Assembly: GCA_964016885.1 (NCBI GenBank)
Contig: OZ024743.1
Coordinates: 44,764,001-44,828,000 of the forward strand
DNA from: Eledone cirrhosa
Lineage: Eukaryota
Length of the DNA: 64,000 nt
Direction: 5' to 3'
Each line of letters opens with the position of its first letter. Position 1 is the first letter of the stretch. Of this stretch, positions 46,088 through 64,000 are shown in pieces. The translations under genes were made by a program, and so were the position numbers. Under the pieces are notes generated by a model. The model had not been told where the DNA came from, did not search any database, and saw only the letters and a list, made by a program, of their open reading frames with translations.

Positions 46088-46370
46088 TATATATAAATAT
46101 AAATATATATAAATATATATATATATATATAAATATATATAAATATAAATAAATATATATATATATATATTAATATAAATATATATATATACATAAATAT
46201 ATATATAAATATAAATATATATAAATATATATATATATATATAAATATATATAAATATAAATAAATATATATATATATATAAATATAAATATAAATATAT
46301 AAATATGTATAAATATAAATAAATATATATATATATAAATATAAATATATATATAAATATATATATATAT

Positions 46371-46406
<36 letters not shown>

Positions 46407-46471
46407 ATATATATATTTATATATATTTATATATATATATATATATATTTATATATACATATATATATATT

Positions 46472-46534
<63 letters not shown>

Positions 46535-46565
46535 ATATATATATTTATTTATATCTATATATATT

Positions 46566-46596
<31 letters not shown>

Positions 46597-46691
46597 TTAT
46601 ATTTATATATATATTTATGTATATATATATATTTATATTAATATATATATATATATATTTATTTATATTTATATATATTTATATATATATA

Positions 46692-46746
<55 letters not shown>

Positions 46747-46749
46747 ATT

Positions 46750-46787
<38 letters not shown>

Positions 46788-46791
46788 TATT

Positions 46792-46865
<74 letters not shown>

Positions 46866-46866
46866 T
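45995..46866. repeat. (TA)n microsatellite with internal strand inversion near 46400
   Basis: TAAA-type interruptions switch to TTTA-type. Confidence 0.9.
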
Positions 46867-47351
46867 ATTGGTGTGATAGTAGGCTTCTGTCATCTTACCA
46901 TCCCACTCCTACAGACTAGCCTCAGTGTCACGTGATTGATTCTTTAGAATCTGCCATTTGACCAGAGACAGCGAGCTTTTCAGTGCATGGAATCCGGTCC
47001 CCGCTAGCTGTTCCATCTACCGAATTATTATTATTTTAATATGAGTCCCCAGTGTCGGCGCATTGCCTGGAGACTTAGCTGAGAATAGTCTCCCTGATGA
47101 CGCAATGAATTCTCGACAGTTATATTACGTAACTGTCTTTATCCCATTGCAGAAACTAATTAGTTGGAGTGAAAATTTTAGTAAGTAAGTTAATTATTTT
47201 AAAATTTTTTCTAAATTTTCTCATTTTACGTCATTTATATTATTGTTCTGCATCCTCCTGCATTGAACCACCTAGGTACTATGACATAACCTGTGTATTT
47301 GCTAGCATTAGCGTACATCTGTACGCATATGTTAGTAGATATACTAAATTC
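46867..47351 (+). mobile_element. Solo ~480-bp HHR-containing island inside TA tracts
   Basis: Non-coding, bounded by TA tracts, carries an HHR. Confidence 0.6.
47090..47169 (+). ncRNA. Type I hammerhead ribozyme
   Basis: CUCC-CUGAUGA-C-GCAAUG...(GACAGUUA/UAACUGUC hairpin)...CAUUGC-A-GAAAC-UAAUUA-GUU-GGAG; palindrome AACUAAUUAGUU. Confidence 0.75.
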
Positions 47352-49037
<1,686 letters not shown>

Positions 49038-50326
49038 TTGGAATAAATGCTCTGAAATAGCGATATATATGTGAATATAGACATAGAATATTCGAAAATA
49101 TTCTGTATGTTTATAATAAACATTTTGAAGACCTAATCGCTATAGAATAGAATACGTCACGTATTACAATTAGATTCTCGATAAAAGCAAGGGAAGTAAT
49201 CTACGCGTTTCATTCTCGTTAGAAATCATCAGGACTACATATCCAGTGCTTTTATCGAGAATGACACAGCTAGAGACTTATAGAATACTTAGCTGTGTAC
49301 AGGAACTGGTTTGAAAGAGCGGTTGCCGGTCCGGCAGAAATTAGAAATTGGAATAAATGCTCTGAAATAGCGATATATATGTGAATATAGACATAGAATA
49401 TTCGAAAATATTCTGTATGTTTATAATAAACATTTTGAAGACCTAATCGCTATAGAATAGAATACGTCACGTATTACAATTAGATTCTCGATAAAAGCAA
49501 GGGAAGTAATCTACGCATTTCATTCTCGTTAGAAATCATCAGGACTACATATCCAGTGCTTTTATCGAGAATGACACAGCTAGAGACTTATAGAATACTT
49601 AGCTGTGTACAGGAACTGGTTTGAAAGAGCGGTTGCCGGTCCGGCAGAAATTAGAAATTGGAATAAATGCTCTGAAATAGCGATATATATGTGAATATAG
49701 ACATAGAATATTCGAAAATATTCTGTATGTTTATAATAAACATTTTGAAGACCTAATCGCTATAGAATAGAATACGTCACGTATTACAATTAGATTCTCG
49801 ATAAAAGCAAGGGAAGTAATCTACGCGTTTCATTCTCGTTAGAAATCATCAGGACTACATATCCAGTGCTTTTATCGAGAATGACACAGCTAGAGACTTA
49901 TAGAATACTTAGCTGTGTACAGGAACTGGTTTGAAAGAGCGGTTGCCGGTCCGGCAGAAATTAGAAATTGGAATAAATGCTCTGAAATAGCGATATATAT
50001 GTGAATATAGACATAGAATATTCGAAAATATTCTGTATGTTTATAATAAACATTTTGAAGACCTAATCGCTATAGAATAGAATACGTCACGTATTACAAT
50101 TAGATTCTCGATAAAAGCAAGGGAAGTAATCTACGCGTTTCATTCTCGTTAGAAATCATCAGGACTACATATCCAGTGCTTTTATCGAGAATGACACAGC
50201 TAGAGACTTATAGAATACTTAGCTGTGTACAGGAACTGGTTTGAAAGAGCGGTTGCCGGTCCGGCAGAAATTAGAAATTGGAATAAATGCTCTGAAATAG
50301 CGATATATATGTGAATATAGACATCG
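49038..50326 (-). mobile_element. 310-bp tandem array (>4 units, runs into the gap), retrozyme-like
   Basis: gaataaatgc at 49041, 49351, 49661, 49971 and 50281; one minus-strand HHR per unit. Confidence 0.9.
49196..49238 (-). ncRNA. Minimal type I hammerhead ribozyme (also 49506-49548, 49816-49858, 50126-50168)
   Basis: Minus strand GUAGUC-CUGAUGA-UUUCU(AACG)AGAAU-GAAAC-GC-GUA-GAUUAC; palindrome ACGCGU. Confidence 0.88.
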
Positions 50327-50526
50327 NNNNNNNNNNNNNNNNNNNNNNNNNNNNNNNNNNNNNNNNNNNNNNNNNNNNNNNNNNNNNNNNNNNNNNNNNN
50401 NNNNNNNNNNNNNNNNNNNNNNNNNNNNNNNNNNNNNNNNNNNNNNNNNNNNNNNNNNNNNNNNNNNNNNNNNNNNNNNNNNNNNNNNNNNNNNNNNNNN
50501 NNNNNNNNNNNNNNNNNNNNNNNNNN
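50327..50526. other. Assembly gap (200 N)
   Basis: Run of N. Confidence 1.
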
Positions 50527-51220
50527 TATATATATATGAATATATATATATATATATATATATGAATATATATATATATATATATATATATGAATATATA
50601 TATATATATGAATATATATATATATATGAATATATATATATATTTGAATATATATATATATATGAATATATATATATGAATATATATATATGAATATATA
50701 TATATATATGAATATATATATATATATATGAATATATATATATATATTAATATATATAAATATGAATATATATATATATGAATATATATATATATGAATA
50801 TATATATATATATATGAATATATATATATATATGAATATATACATATATATGAATATATATATATATATATGAATATATATATATATATATGAATATATA
50901 TATATATATATGAATATATATATATGAATATATATATATATATATATGAATATATATATATATATATATATGAATATATATATATATAAATATAAATATA
51001 TATATATATATGAATATATATATATATATATGAATATATATATATATGAATATATATATATGAATATATATATATATATATATGAATATATATATATATG
51101 AATATATATATATATATATGAATATATATATATATATATGAATATATATATATATATGAATATATATATATATATGAATATATATATATATATGAATATA
51201 TATATATATATGAATATATA
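50527..51220. repeat. (TA)nTGAA microsatellite
   Basis: Direct inspection. Confidence 0.97.
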
Positions 51221-51749
51221 GTTATATTTGGCGAGGGTCATATTTGCGTAATATTGCCAGAATTAATAACAGAACACACTCACTGTTTGGTTGGTTTTCG
51301 CTTCTCGCTGTCTTTTATATATATATATCTGCGATCTAACTTACTCGGTCCTCAATGTTGCCATTGACTGACCGGCGGTCAAAAATAATACAGATACAAT
51401 ATAGACAAACACATATATATATAGTTTACATAAATCTTTCGTTGCACATCTGCAACATCGTCAGTGGTGTTATATTCATTGTTCCTCCTGTTGTGTTGTA
51501 TGTCTACGCCATTTTTTTGTTTGTTTTTTTTTGTTCAGTCTGTCTATATATTTATTTATTTATTTGCTTGTTTGTTTATCTTATTTTATTTTGTCTTCTT
51601 TGCGCATGCGTTTGCGTGTGTGTATAGTGTTATGTGTGATGTGTGACTAGTGTGTATAGTGTTGTGTCTGCTGGGTGACTAGTGTGTGTTTATGTGCTTG
51701 TGTATGTATTTATTTATCTTATTTTATTTTATTTAATTTACTTATTTAT

Positions 51750-54700
51750 TTATACTTCTCTTAGGTCAGTGTTGTTTGTTTGGGTGTTGTTGTTGTTCCA
51801 CTCATTCTTTCTGTTTAGCTTTGGTCTTCTAATTTCTATTTCACTGGCCTCTCTGATTTGCCTATCTACTGGGTCATTCCTATGTTTAGATATTATTCTA
51901 ATTTCTATGTTGTCTATGTTACCGTCATGATGTTGTCTAGCATGTTCGTATAGTACTGACCCGTTTTTTCGTCCTTTTAGTTCCCCCCAGTGTTGGTCTA
52001 TCCTTTCACCTATGCTACGAGCTGTCTCACCTATGTATGTTGTTGTCGTGTTTCTGCAAGTACCCTCTGTACATCTTATGCTATAGACTACGTTTCTAGT
52101 TTTACAGTTTATCCGGGGGTTCACCTTACATATGATACATTTCCTATTGGTACAGTGGGTTTTCTTAAAAGGGTAGGTTTTGCTGATCAGGGATTTTATG
52201 GTGGTTCCTGGCTTTTCTACCACCTTTATTTTTAAGTGGGTCTTTCTCAGGGCCTTTCTACACTGGTTAGCTAATTTCCCTCCAGGGGTGGCGTCCACAA
52301 ACATGACACTCTGATATCTCTGGTTGTCGTACCATGATGTGGCCTTCCCTATCTTATGTCTAGCCCTATCTAAGCTATTCCATGATTTGCTCCTGTATAG
52401 TGGGCAAATTCCTTTCATGTCCAGTTCTATGAGGGTCTTATACTTTTCCATGGCTCCTTCGTATACTCTGACTCTGTCTCTTTGGTTGTAGCCAGAGAAC
52501 TGCATGCGGTTGATGAAGTGTTGGATGTGTCCTTCCATTTCTGTTGGGTCGCACATGCTGGACACATTCTTCATCACTCGTACCAAATCTGCGATCAGAA
52601 TATTAAACTTAGCACTACTGGACATTGCTGAGTTTTTGAGTATCAGGTATTCGGAGGCCATGGGTTTAGCATAGTGTGAGTGGAGAATTTGGGCTCTCTC
52701 GTCTATAGTGTTAATCCAGAGTTCTGTGTCTAATACAGGTAGTCTATTGTTAGGGTGTTTGGAAGGGAAGTCTATAGTTACAGTTATACTCTGGTGTATG
52801 GAATTAGCTATCTGCTGGATGCTTTCCATCGTGCTACGTTCTAAATCAAACTTGTTAGTGCTCTCTAGTGGGGGTGTTCTTATAACTATATTGATATCGT
52901 CTACATAACGAGAGTACATGATGAGGTCTATGGAGCTTTCATTAAGGAGATCTTTAAGTCTCCTTTCCCACCATACCATGAAAAGGTTGGCAACATCGCC
53001 AGCTATGCTGACGCCGATGGCTGCTCCCTCATTTTGGGTGTAGATTTTCTCATTGAACTTAAATATGTGGCCCTTTAGGGTAGTTTTGATACTAGCCCCT
53101 ATTGCATGTGCGACCATTTTTCTTACCTGATCAGTGTTTTGGGGGGTCCGTATAGCTTTGGTCCACCCAATCCACCTTCCTATGGGAGTCTTTTTAGCCA
53201 TTGAGGTTATGGTGGGGGGTCTACCTCTTATAGGTCTACTAGGGCAGAAACATCTAAGGTCATGGCTGTCTAGGTAGTCAGTGTCGTAGGTAAGTCTAAG
53301 TAGGAGGCCCAGTTCGTCTGTGTCGACGTCGCAGAACTCCACCTCACTCTCAATGATCATCTCCACACATCTTTTCACAGCAAAATCAATGTTAATGGAT
53401 GGGTACAGTGACACCACATCCATGCTGCCTATTATGCAGTTGGATAGGCTCCTGTTTTTGTTGCACTCACTGATTCTGCTGAGGAGGTCCTCTGTACTTT
53501 CACATACATCTGGGGACATCTTGATTATGGGGCGTATAACCATTGAGAGGAAGTAGGAGATCCTGTAGTTGCTAGCTATATTAGCTCCGCATACAGGTCT
53601 TGTTGGTGGTCCTATTGTCGGGTCGTCGACTGTCTTGTGGTCTTTGCGGAGCCCATACAAGGGTGGTATGCCATTGTTAGACGCCTGGAAGTTGTTGGCA
53701 GTGCGTCTGCTTGGCTTTAGGATGTCAGTCCACATCATCATGTGAGCGTTGAGGATTTTTTCTCTCCCATCGTGTGTTAGTTGTGCAACTTCGCTCGTGT
53801 TGGTGATGTGGGGTTGCATTGCCTCGATGTAGTTCGGCATGCTATCTATTGACATCCTACCAGACTTATCTGTGGGTAGACACACTACCTCACCATCCCT
53901 TGTGCGCTGCTTGAGGCTAACCAAGCCTTCTACAGGTTTTATCCCAAGTTGTTGGGCCTCTGGTCTGCTCTGTCTCATAGTGTACCTGTCTACTACTTGT
54001 CTAATCTTATTTCTAGCTATGGTGAACTGTGCCTCCGTCTCGTCATCTATTTGTTGTGGTATGCAAACTCTTTTATTAAAGGGTAACCTCGTAGGATAGA
54101 TATTACCCATCTTATATGTTTTGTCAGCTGGGTTGAAAAATAGTTTCTCTAAGGGGTTGTCGTTATTTCTATCGTCATAGTTGTGTGTGTTGCTATTATT
54201 GTTATCATGGTGGTTGTTGTTGTTTCTATCCTTAGCATTAATATTATTATTGTTATGATTGCTAGATGTATTGTTGTTTACTTCACCGTTATTGTTGTTG
54301 TTGTTACTGCTATTTCTACCATTGTGGTTGTTACTATTATTATGTTTCTTGTTTTTGTTGATGTTGCTACATGTACTATTTCCATTATTACCACTGTGGT
54401 TATTGTTGTTGTTCGTATTGTTACCGTTATTACTACTGTGGTCACTGTTGCTGTGTCTGTGGTTAACGTTTCTATTATTATTATTATTGTGGTTGTTGTT
54501 GTTCTGTCTATCGCTAGTATTATTACCATTATCACTATTTCTCACTTTCCTGCCATTGTTATGGTTATGGCTGTTATTTCTATACCCAGAGTTATTGTTT
54601 ATATTACTACTACCGTTATTATTGTTGTTGTTGTTTACCTTTGCATTCCAACGTATTTTTGTGAAACACTTTTCCAGCTCCGTTTTGCATTCCATAGGAT

Positions 54701-55376
54701 TAATCTTTTTGTAGATGGCAAATTTTGGTGGTAACTTCAGGATTTGTTGTTCTTGTTCACTGATTAAAGTGTTCCCATAGATATTTACTGTGTGGTCATT
54801 GGTAAATTCTTCCGGTAGTTTTACATCACTCATACGGATGTTGTCGATGTTATCTGGGTATTTTTGAGAATATTCGATTTTCCTTTCTTGTAGTTTTTTC
54901 TTATTCATCCATTCTAATTTCTTCTTGAAATGCCTACAGCATTCGTTTTGAGCATATTTCGTTTCGCGTCGGATGACGCTCATGAAGTCATCTCTCTCGT
55001 TTGCTGTGATGAGATTTCGGATTTCCTTACCGTTGATGCGTTTTTGTCTGTAGAGTGCGTTGACTTTTGTGTATGTTGTTCTTTTCATATTAACTGTTAT
55101 TGTGTGTTTTAGCCGTTCAGCTTGTGTTTTGTTCAATAATAAATTATTTACTTGTTTTGATATGTTTGTTGTGTATGTTTTGGAGGAAACACAGTGTTTT
55201 AAGAAGCGGATTTGTTCTGTTGTTATTGTAGTTTTTATATAACAGAAAACAGTGTCTTTCAATAACCTTTCAGCTTGGCACAAGCTAATGCCATAGCGGC
55301 GATGAATTAGTTTTGCGAGGTTTTTTATATGAAATCGTGTGTCGAAACAGATATTGTTATATTTGGGGAGGGTCAT
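51750..55376 (-). CDS. PLE polyprotein: RT, Cys-rich linker and GIY-YIG endonuclease (1208 aa)
   Basis: LYGLRKDHK, TRPVC, SMDVVSLYPSI, GAAIG, YSRYVDD, LPVLD, CTNRKCIIC, NVVYSIRC...YIGETAR, RQIREA, LNRKNEW. Confidence 0.95.
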   Translation of the reverse strand: MTLPKYNNICFDTRFHIKNLAKLIHRRYGISLCQAERLLKDTVFCYIKTTITTEQIRFLKHCVSSKTYTTNISKQVNNLLLNKTQAERLKHTITVNMKRTTYTKVNALYRQKRINGKEIRNLITANERDDFMSVIRRETKYAQNECCRHFKKKLEWMNKKKLQERKIEYSQKYPDNIDNIRMSDVKLPEEFTNDHTVNIYGNTLISEQEQQILKLPPKFAIYKKINPMECKTELEKCFTKIRWNAKVNNNNNNNGSSNINNNSGYRNNSHNHNNGRKVRNSDNGNNTSDRQNNNNHNNNNNRNVNHRHSNSDHSSNNGNNTNNNNNHSGNNGNSTCSNINKNKKHNNSNNHNGRNSSNNNNNNGEVNNNTSSNHNNNNINAKDRNNNNHHDNNNSNTHNYDDRNNDNPLEKLFFNPADKTYKMGNIYPTRLPFNKRVCIPQQIDDETEAQFTIARNKIRQVVDRYTMRQSRPEAQQLGIKPVEGLVSLKQRTRDGEVVCLPTDKSGRMSIDSMPNYIEAMQPHITNTSEVAQLTHDGREKILNAHMMMWTDILKPSRRTANNFQASNNGIPPLYGLRKDHKTVDDPTIGPPTRPVCGANIASNYRISYFLSMVIRPIIKMSPDVCESTEDLLSRISECNKNRSLSNCIIGSMDVVSLYPSINIDFAVKRCVEMIIESEVEFCDVDTDELGLLLRLTYDTDYLDSHDLRCFCPSRPIRGRPPTITSMAKKTPIGRWIGWTKAIRTPQNTDQVRKMVAHAIGASIKTTLKGHIFKFNEKIYTQNEGAAIGVSIAGDVANLFMVWWERRLKDLLNESSIDLIMYSRYVDDINIVIRTPPLESTNKFDLERSTMESIQQIANSIHQSITVTIDFPSKHPNNRLPVLDTELWINTIDERAQILHSHYAKPMASEYLILKNSAMSSSAKFNILIADLVRVMKNVSSMCDPTEMEGHIQHFINRMQFSGYNQRDRVRVYEGAMEKYKTLIELDMKGICPLYRSKSWNSLDRARHKIGKATSWYDNQRYQSVMFVDATPGGKLANQCRKALRKTHLKIKVVEKPGTTIKSLISKTYPFKKTHCTNRKCIICKVNPRINCKTRNVVYSIRCTEGTCRNTTTTYIGETARSIGERIDQHWGELKGRKNGSVLYEHARQHHDGNIDNIEIRIISKHRNDPVDRQIREASEIEIRRPKLNRKNEWNNNNTQTNNTDLREV

Positions 55377-55540
55377 ATTTGCGTAATATTGCCAGAATTA
55401 ATAACAGAACACACTCACTGTTTGGTTGGTTTTCGCTTCTCGCTGTCTTTTATATATATATATCTGCGATCTAACTTACTCGGTCCTCAATGTTGCCATT
55501 GACTGACCGGCGGTCAAAAATAATACAGATACAATATAGA

Positions 55541-55608
55541 CAAACACATATATATATAGTTTACATAAATCTTTCGTTGCACATCTGCAACATCGTCAGT
55601 GGTGTTAT
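55541..55608 (-). ncRNA. Candidate hammerhead in the pLTR (second copy ~51407-51472)
   Basis: CUGACGA-U-GUUGC(AGAUGU)GCAAC-GAAAG-AUUUAUGUAAA-CUA; stem I is imperfect (AACAC/GUGUU offset by a UA run). Confidence 0.45.
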
Positions 55609-56398
55609 ATTCATTGTTCCTCCTGTTGTGTTGTATGTCTACGCCATTTTTTTTTTTTTTTTTTTTGTTCAGTCTGTCTATATATTTATTTATTTATTTG
55701 CTTGTTTGTTTATCTTATTTTATTTTGTCTTCTTTGCGCATGCGTTTGCGTGTGTGTATAGTGTTATGTGTGATGTGTGACTAGTGTGTATAGTGTTGTG
55801 TCTGCTGGGTGACTAGTGTGTGTTTATGTGCTTGTGTATGTATTTATTTATCTTATTTTATTTAATTTAATTTACTTATTTATTTATACTTCTCTTAGGT
55901 CAGTGTTGTTTGTTTGGGTGTTGTTGTTGTTCCACTCATTCTTTCTGTTTAGCTTTGGTCTTCTAATTTCTATTTCACTGGCCTCTCTGATTTGCCTATC
56001 TGCTGGGTCATTCCTATGTTTAGATATTATTCTAATTTCTATGTTGTCTATGTTACCGTCATGATGTTGTCTAGCATGTTCGTATAGTACTGACCCGTTT
56101 TTTCGTCCTTTTAGTTCCCCCCAGTGTTGGTCTATCCTTTCACCTATGCTACGAGCTGTCTCACCTATGTATGTTGTTGTCGGTCAGTCAATGGCAACAT
56201 TGAGGACCGAGTAAGTTAGATCGCAGATATATATATATAAAAGACAGCGAGAAGCGAAAACCAACCAAACAGTGAGTGTGTTCTGTTATTAATTCTGGCA
56301 ATATTACGCAAATATGACCCTCCCCAAATATAACAATATCTGTTTCGACACACGATTTCATATAAAAAACCTCGCAAAACTAATTCATCGCCGCTATG

Positions 56399-59301
<2,903 letters not shown>

Positions 59302-60368
59302 AGCTTCCGTTATCTGGGTGACAAAATCAGCAGTGGGGGAGGGTGCTCTGAAAGTACAGTAGCTAGAGTCAGAACTGGATGGAAAAAGTTCAGAGAGCTT
59401 ATACCACTATTAGCCGCTAGAGGGTTCTCCCTAAAAATGAAAGGCAGGTTATACGATGCCTGCATACGAACAGCAATGCTGCATGGCAGTGAGACCTGGG
59501 CATTGTGTGCAGAGGATATACGCAGACTAGAGAGGAACGAAGCTTGCATGCTCCGCTGGATGTGCAATAGTAATATACGTGAACGGCAAAGCATAAACGA
59601 ACTAAGGAAAAAATTAGAAATAAGAGGGATCAGATGTTGTTTACTCGAGAGAAGGCTACGTTGGTACGGTCACGTGATGCGCATGAAAGACGACAGCTGT
59701 ATAACAAAGTGCAGGGCAATAAAGATAGACGGTAGCCACGGAGTAGGCAGACCCGGAAAAACATGGGACGAGCTGATAAATTCCGACCTCACACGCTTAC
59801 ACCTCTCCAAGACAATGTCACTGGACCGAGACCTTTGGCGGTACTCAGTAATAGAGAAGACCCGCCTTACCTAAATACAAAGTAAAAACCTACTACTGTC
59901 AGTAGGCATCTCTATCAAAACACACCCCCGTCCCACCACCTCCACCCCACCCACACCGCCCCTTTCAATGTAAAGTTATGTTGGTCCCACAACATCCAGG
60001 CCGAGACAAATGAGATCGTGTAGGTGTCACGACAAAAAACACACAGTCCACGCTGTAAATGTGGCCGTGTAGGCAACACGGTAAAAACCTCCCAGCCCCA
60101 CACTGTAAATGTGGTTGGTGTTAGGAAGGGCATCCAGCTGTAGAAAACCCGCCAGACAGTCCACGCTGTAATGTGGCCGTGTAGGCAACACGGTAAAAAC
60201 CTCCCAGCCCCACACTGTAAATGTGGTTGGTGTTAGGAAGGGCATCCAACTGTAGAAAACCCGCCAGACAGTCCTATTCGAGCAAGACAACCACTCTTGC
60301 CTCAAGTAGGAAAACCCCCGTCCAAACCCATGCAAGCGTGGAACACGGACGCTAAACCTGATGATGAT
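59302..60368 (+). mobile_element. RTE-clade LINE 3' fragment with (GAT)n tail
   Basis: SFRYLGDKI...KGRLYDACIRTAMLHGSETW...RRLRWYGHVMR...GRPGKTW; open to the stop at 59874; ~115-bp tandem duplication in the 3' UTR; tail ctgatgatgat. Confidence 0.9.
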
Positions 60369-60601
60369 ATGAATATATATATATATATATATGAATATAT
60401 ATATATATATATATATGAATATATATATATATATATATATGAATATATATATATATATGAATATATATATATATATATATGAATATATATATATATATAT
60501 ATGAATATATATATATATATATATATGAATATATATATATATATATATATATGAATATATATATATATATATATATATGAATATATATATATATATATAT
60601 A

Positions 60602-60635
<34 letters not shown>

Positions 60636-60725
60636 TATATATATATATATATATATGAATATATATATATATATATATATGAATATATATATATATATAT
60701 GAATATATATATATATATATATATA

Positions 60726-60789
<64 letters not shown>

Positions 60790-61575
60790 TATATATATAT
60801 ATATATATGAATATATATATATATATATGAATATATATATATATATATATGAATATATATATATATATATATGAATATATATATATATATGAATATATAT
60901 ATATATATGAATATATATATATATATGAATATATATATATATATGAATATATATATATATATGAATATATATATATATATGAATATATATATATATATGA
61001 ATATATATATATATATGAATATATATATATATATGAATATATATATATGAATATATATATATATATGAATATATATATATATATATGATATATATATATA
61101 TGAATATATATATATATGAATATATATATATATATATGAATATATATATATATGAATATATATATATATGAATATATATATATATATGAATATATATATA
61201 TGAATATATATATATATGAATATATATATATATGAATATATATATATATGAATATATATATATGAATATATATATATGAATATATATATATGAATATATA
61301 TATATATGAATATATATATATGAATATATATATATGAATATATATATATATATGAATATATATATATGAATATATATATATATATGAATATATATATATA
61401 TATGAATATATATATATGTATATATGAATATATATATATATATGAATATATATATATATATGAATATATATATATGAATATATATATATATATATATGAA
61501 TATATATATATTATATATATATATATGAATATATATATATATGAATATATATATATGAATATATATATATATATA

Positions 61576-61609
<34 letters not shown>

Positions 61610-61836
61610 TATATATATATATATATGAATATATATATATGAATATATATATATATATATATATGAATATATATATATATATATATATGAATATATATAT
61701 GAATATATATATGAATATATATATATGAATATATATATATGAATATATATATATATATATATATATATGAATATATATATGAATATATATATATATATGA
61801 ATATATATATATATATATATGATATATATATATATA

Positions 61837-61870
<34 letters not shown>

Positions 61871-62079
61871 TATATATATATATATATATAAATATATATA
61901 TATGAATATATATATATATATATATATATGAATATATATATATATATATATGAATATATATATATATATATATTCATATATATATATATATATGAATATA
62001 TATATATATATATATGAATATATATATATATATATATATATATGAATATATATATATATATATATGAATATATATATAT

Positions 62080-62115
<36 letters not shown>

Positions 62116-62242
62116 GAATATATATATATATATATATATATGAATATATATATATATATATATATATGAATATAAATATAAATATATATATATATGAATA
62201 TATATATATATATATATATATATGAATATATATATATATATA

Positions 62243-62282
<40 letters not shown>

Positions 62283-64000
62283 TATATATATATATATATA
62301 TGAATATATATATATATACATGAATATATATATATATGAATATATATATATATATGAATATATATATATATATGAATATATATATATATGATATATATAT
62401 ATATATGAATATATATATATATATATGATATATATATATATATGAATATATATATATATGAATATATATATATATGAATATTATATATGAATATATATAT
62501 ATATATGAATATATATATATGAATATATATATATATATATATATGAATATATATATATATATATATATGAATATATATATATATATATATATGAATATAT
62601 ATATATATATATATGAATATATATATATATATATGAATATATATATATATATATGAATATATATATATATATATATGAATATATATATATATATATATAT
62701 ATGAATATATATATATATATATGAATATATATATATATATATGATATATATATGAATATATATATATATATATATATGAATATATATATATATATATATA
62801 TGAATATATATATATATGAATATATATATATAGAATATATGAATATATATATATATATATATATGAATATATATATATATATATATATATGAATATATAT
62901 ATATATATATATATGAATATATATGAATATATATATATATATATGAATATATATATATATATATATGAATATATATATATATATATATGAATATATATAT
63001 ATATATATGATATATATATATATATGATATATATATATATGAATATATATATATATGAATATATATATATAATGAATATATATATATATATATGAATATA
63101 TATATATATATGAATATATATGAATATATATGAATATTATATATATATATATGAATATATATATATATATATGAATATATATATATATATATATATGAAT
63201 ATATATATATATATATGAATATATAAATATATATATGAATATATATATATATGAATATATTATGAATATATATATATATATGAATATATATATATATGAA
63301 TATATATATATATATATATGAATATATATATATATGAATATATATGACATATATATATATATATATGAATATATATATATATATGAAATATATATATATA
63401 TGAATAAGAATATATATATATATATGAATATATATAATATATATGATATATATATGATATATATATAATATATGAATATATATATATATATGAATATATA
63501 TATATGATATATTATGAATATATATATATATATGAATATATATATATATATGATATATATATATATATGAATATATATTATATATATGAATATATATATA
63601 TATAATATATATATGAATATATATATATATATGAATATATATATATATATGAATATATATATATATGAATATATATATATATGAATATATATATATATAT
63701 GAATATATATATATGAATATATATATATATATATATATGAATATATATATATATATATATGAATATATATATATATATATATATATGAATATATATATAT
63801 ATATATATGAATATATATATATATATATATGAATATATATATATATATATATGAATATATATATATATATATATGAATATATATATATATATATATGAAT
63901 ATATATATATATATATATGAAAATATATATATATATATGAAAATATATATATATATATATATGAATATATATATATATATATATATGAATATATATATAT
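60369..64000. repeat. (TA)nTGAA microsatellite
   Basis: Direct inspection. Confidence 0.97.

Larger units (their letters stand above)
51221..56398 (-). mobile_element. Full-length Penelope-like retroelement with direct pLTRs and an inverted terminal segment
   Basis: 51221-52048 matches 55356-56182 (near-identical); 56181-56398 is the reverse complement of 55292-55509; intact ORF between them. Confidence 0.93.

Overview
AT-rich eukaryotic repeat landscape with no recognisable host gene. The huge (TA)n tracts and the tRNA-derived SINEs and RTE LINEs suggest a cephalopod such as Octopus; this is an inference. Nearly all YIYI/CVCV ORFs are microsatellite artefacts. Mobile elements: an intact Penelope-like element (PLE; 1208-aa RT plus GIY-YIG, with pseudo-LTRs and an inverted end, 51221-56398), a 5'-truncated Naiad-type PLE inside a ~3.3-kb inverted repeat (32282-41332), PLE remnants, RTE, Tx1/L1 and Dong/R4 LINE fragments, an internally deleted mariner, SINEs and a 67-bp minisatellite. 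Main finding: the non-coding islands inside the TA tracts carry type I hammerhead ribozymes (HHRs), almost all with a short palindromic stem III. They are a 466-bp tandem array (7 HHRs), a 310-bp array (4 HHRs), a ~1.15-unit 591-bp element with a U3-A8 core variant, a ~480-bp solo unit, and HHRs in the PLE ends. Together this looks like a multi-family retrozyme (self-cleaving circular RNA) system mobilised by PLEs into (TA)n. All folds were done by eye and activity is untested.
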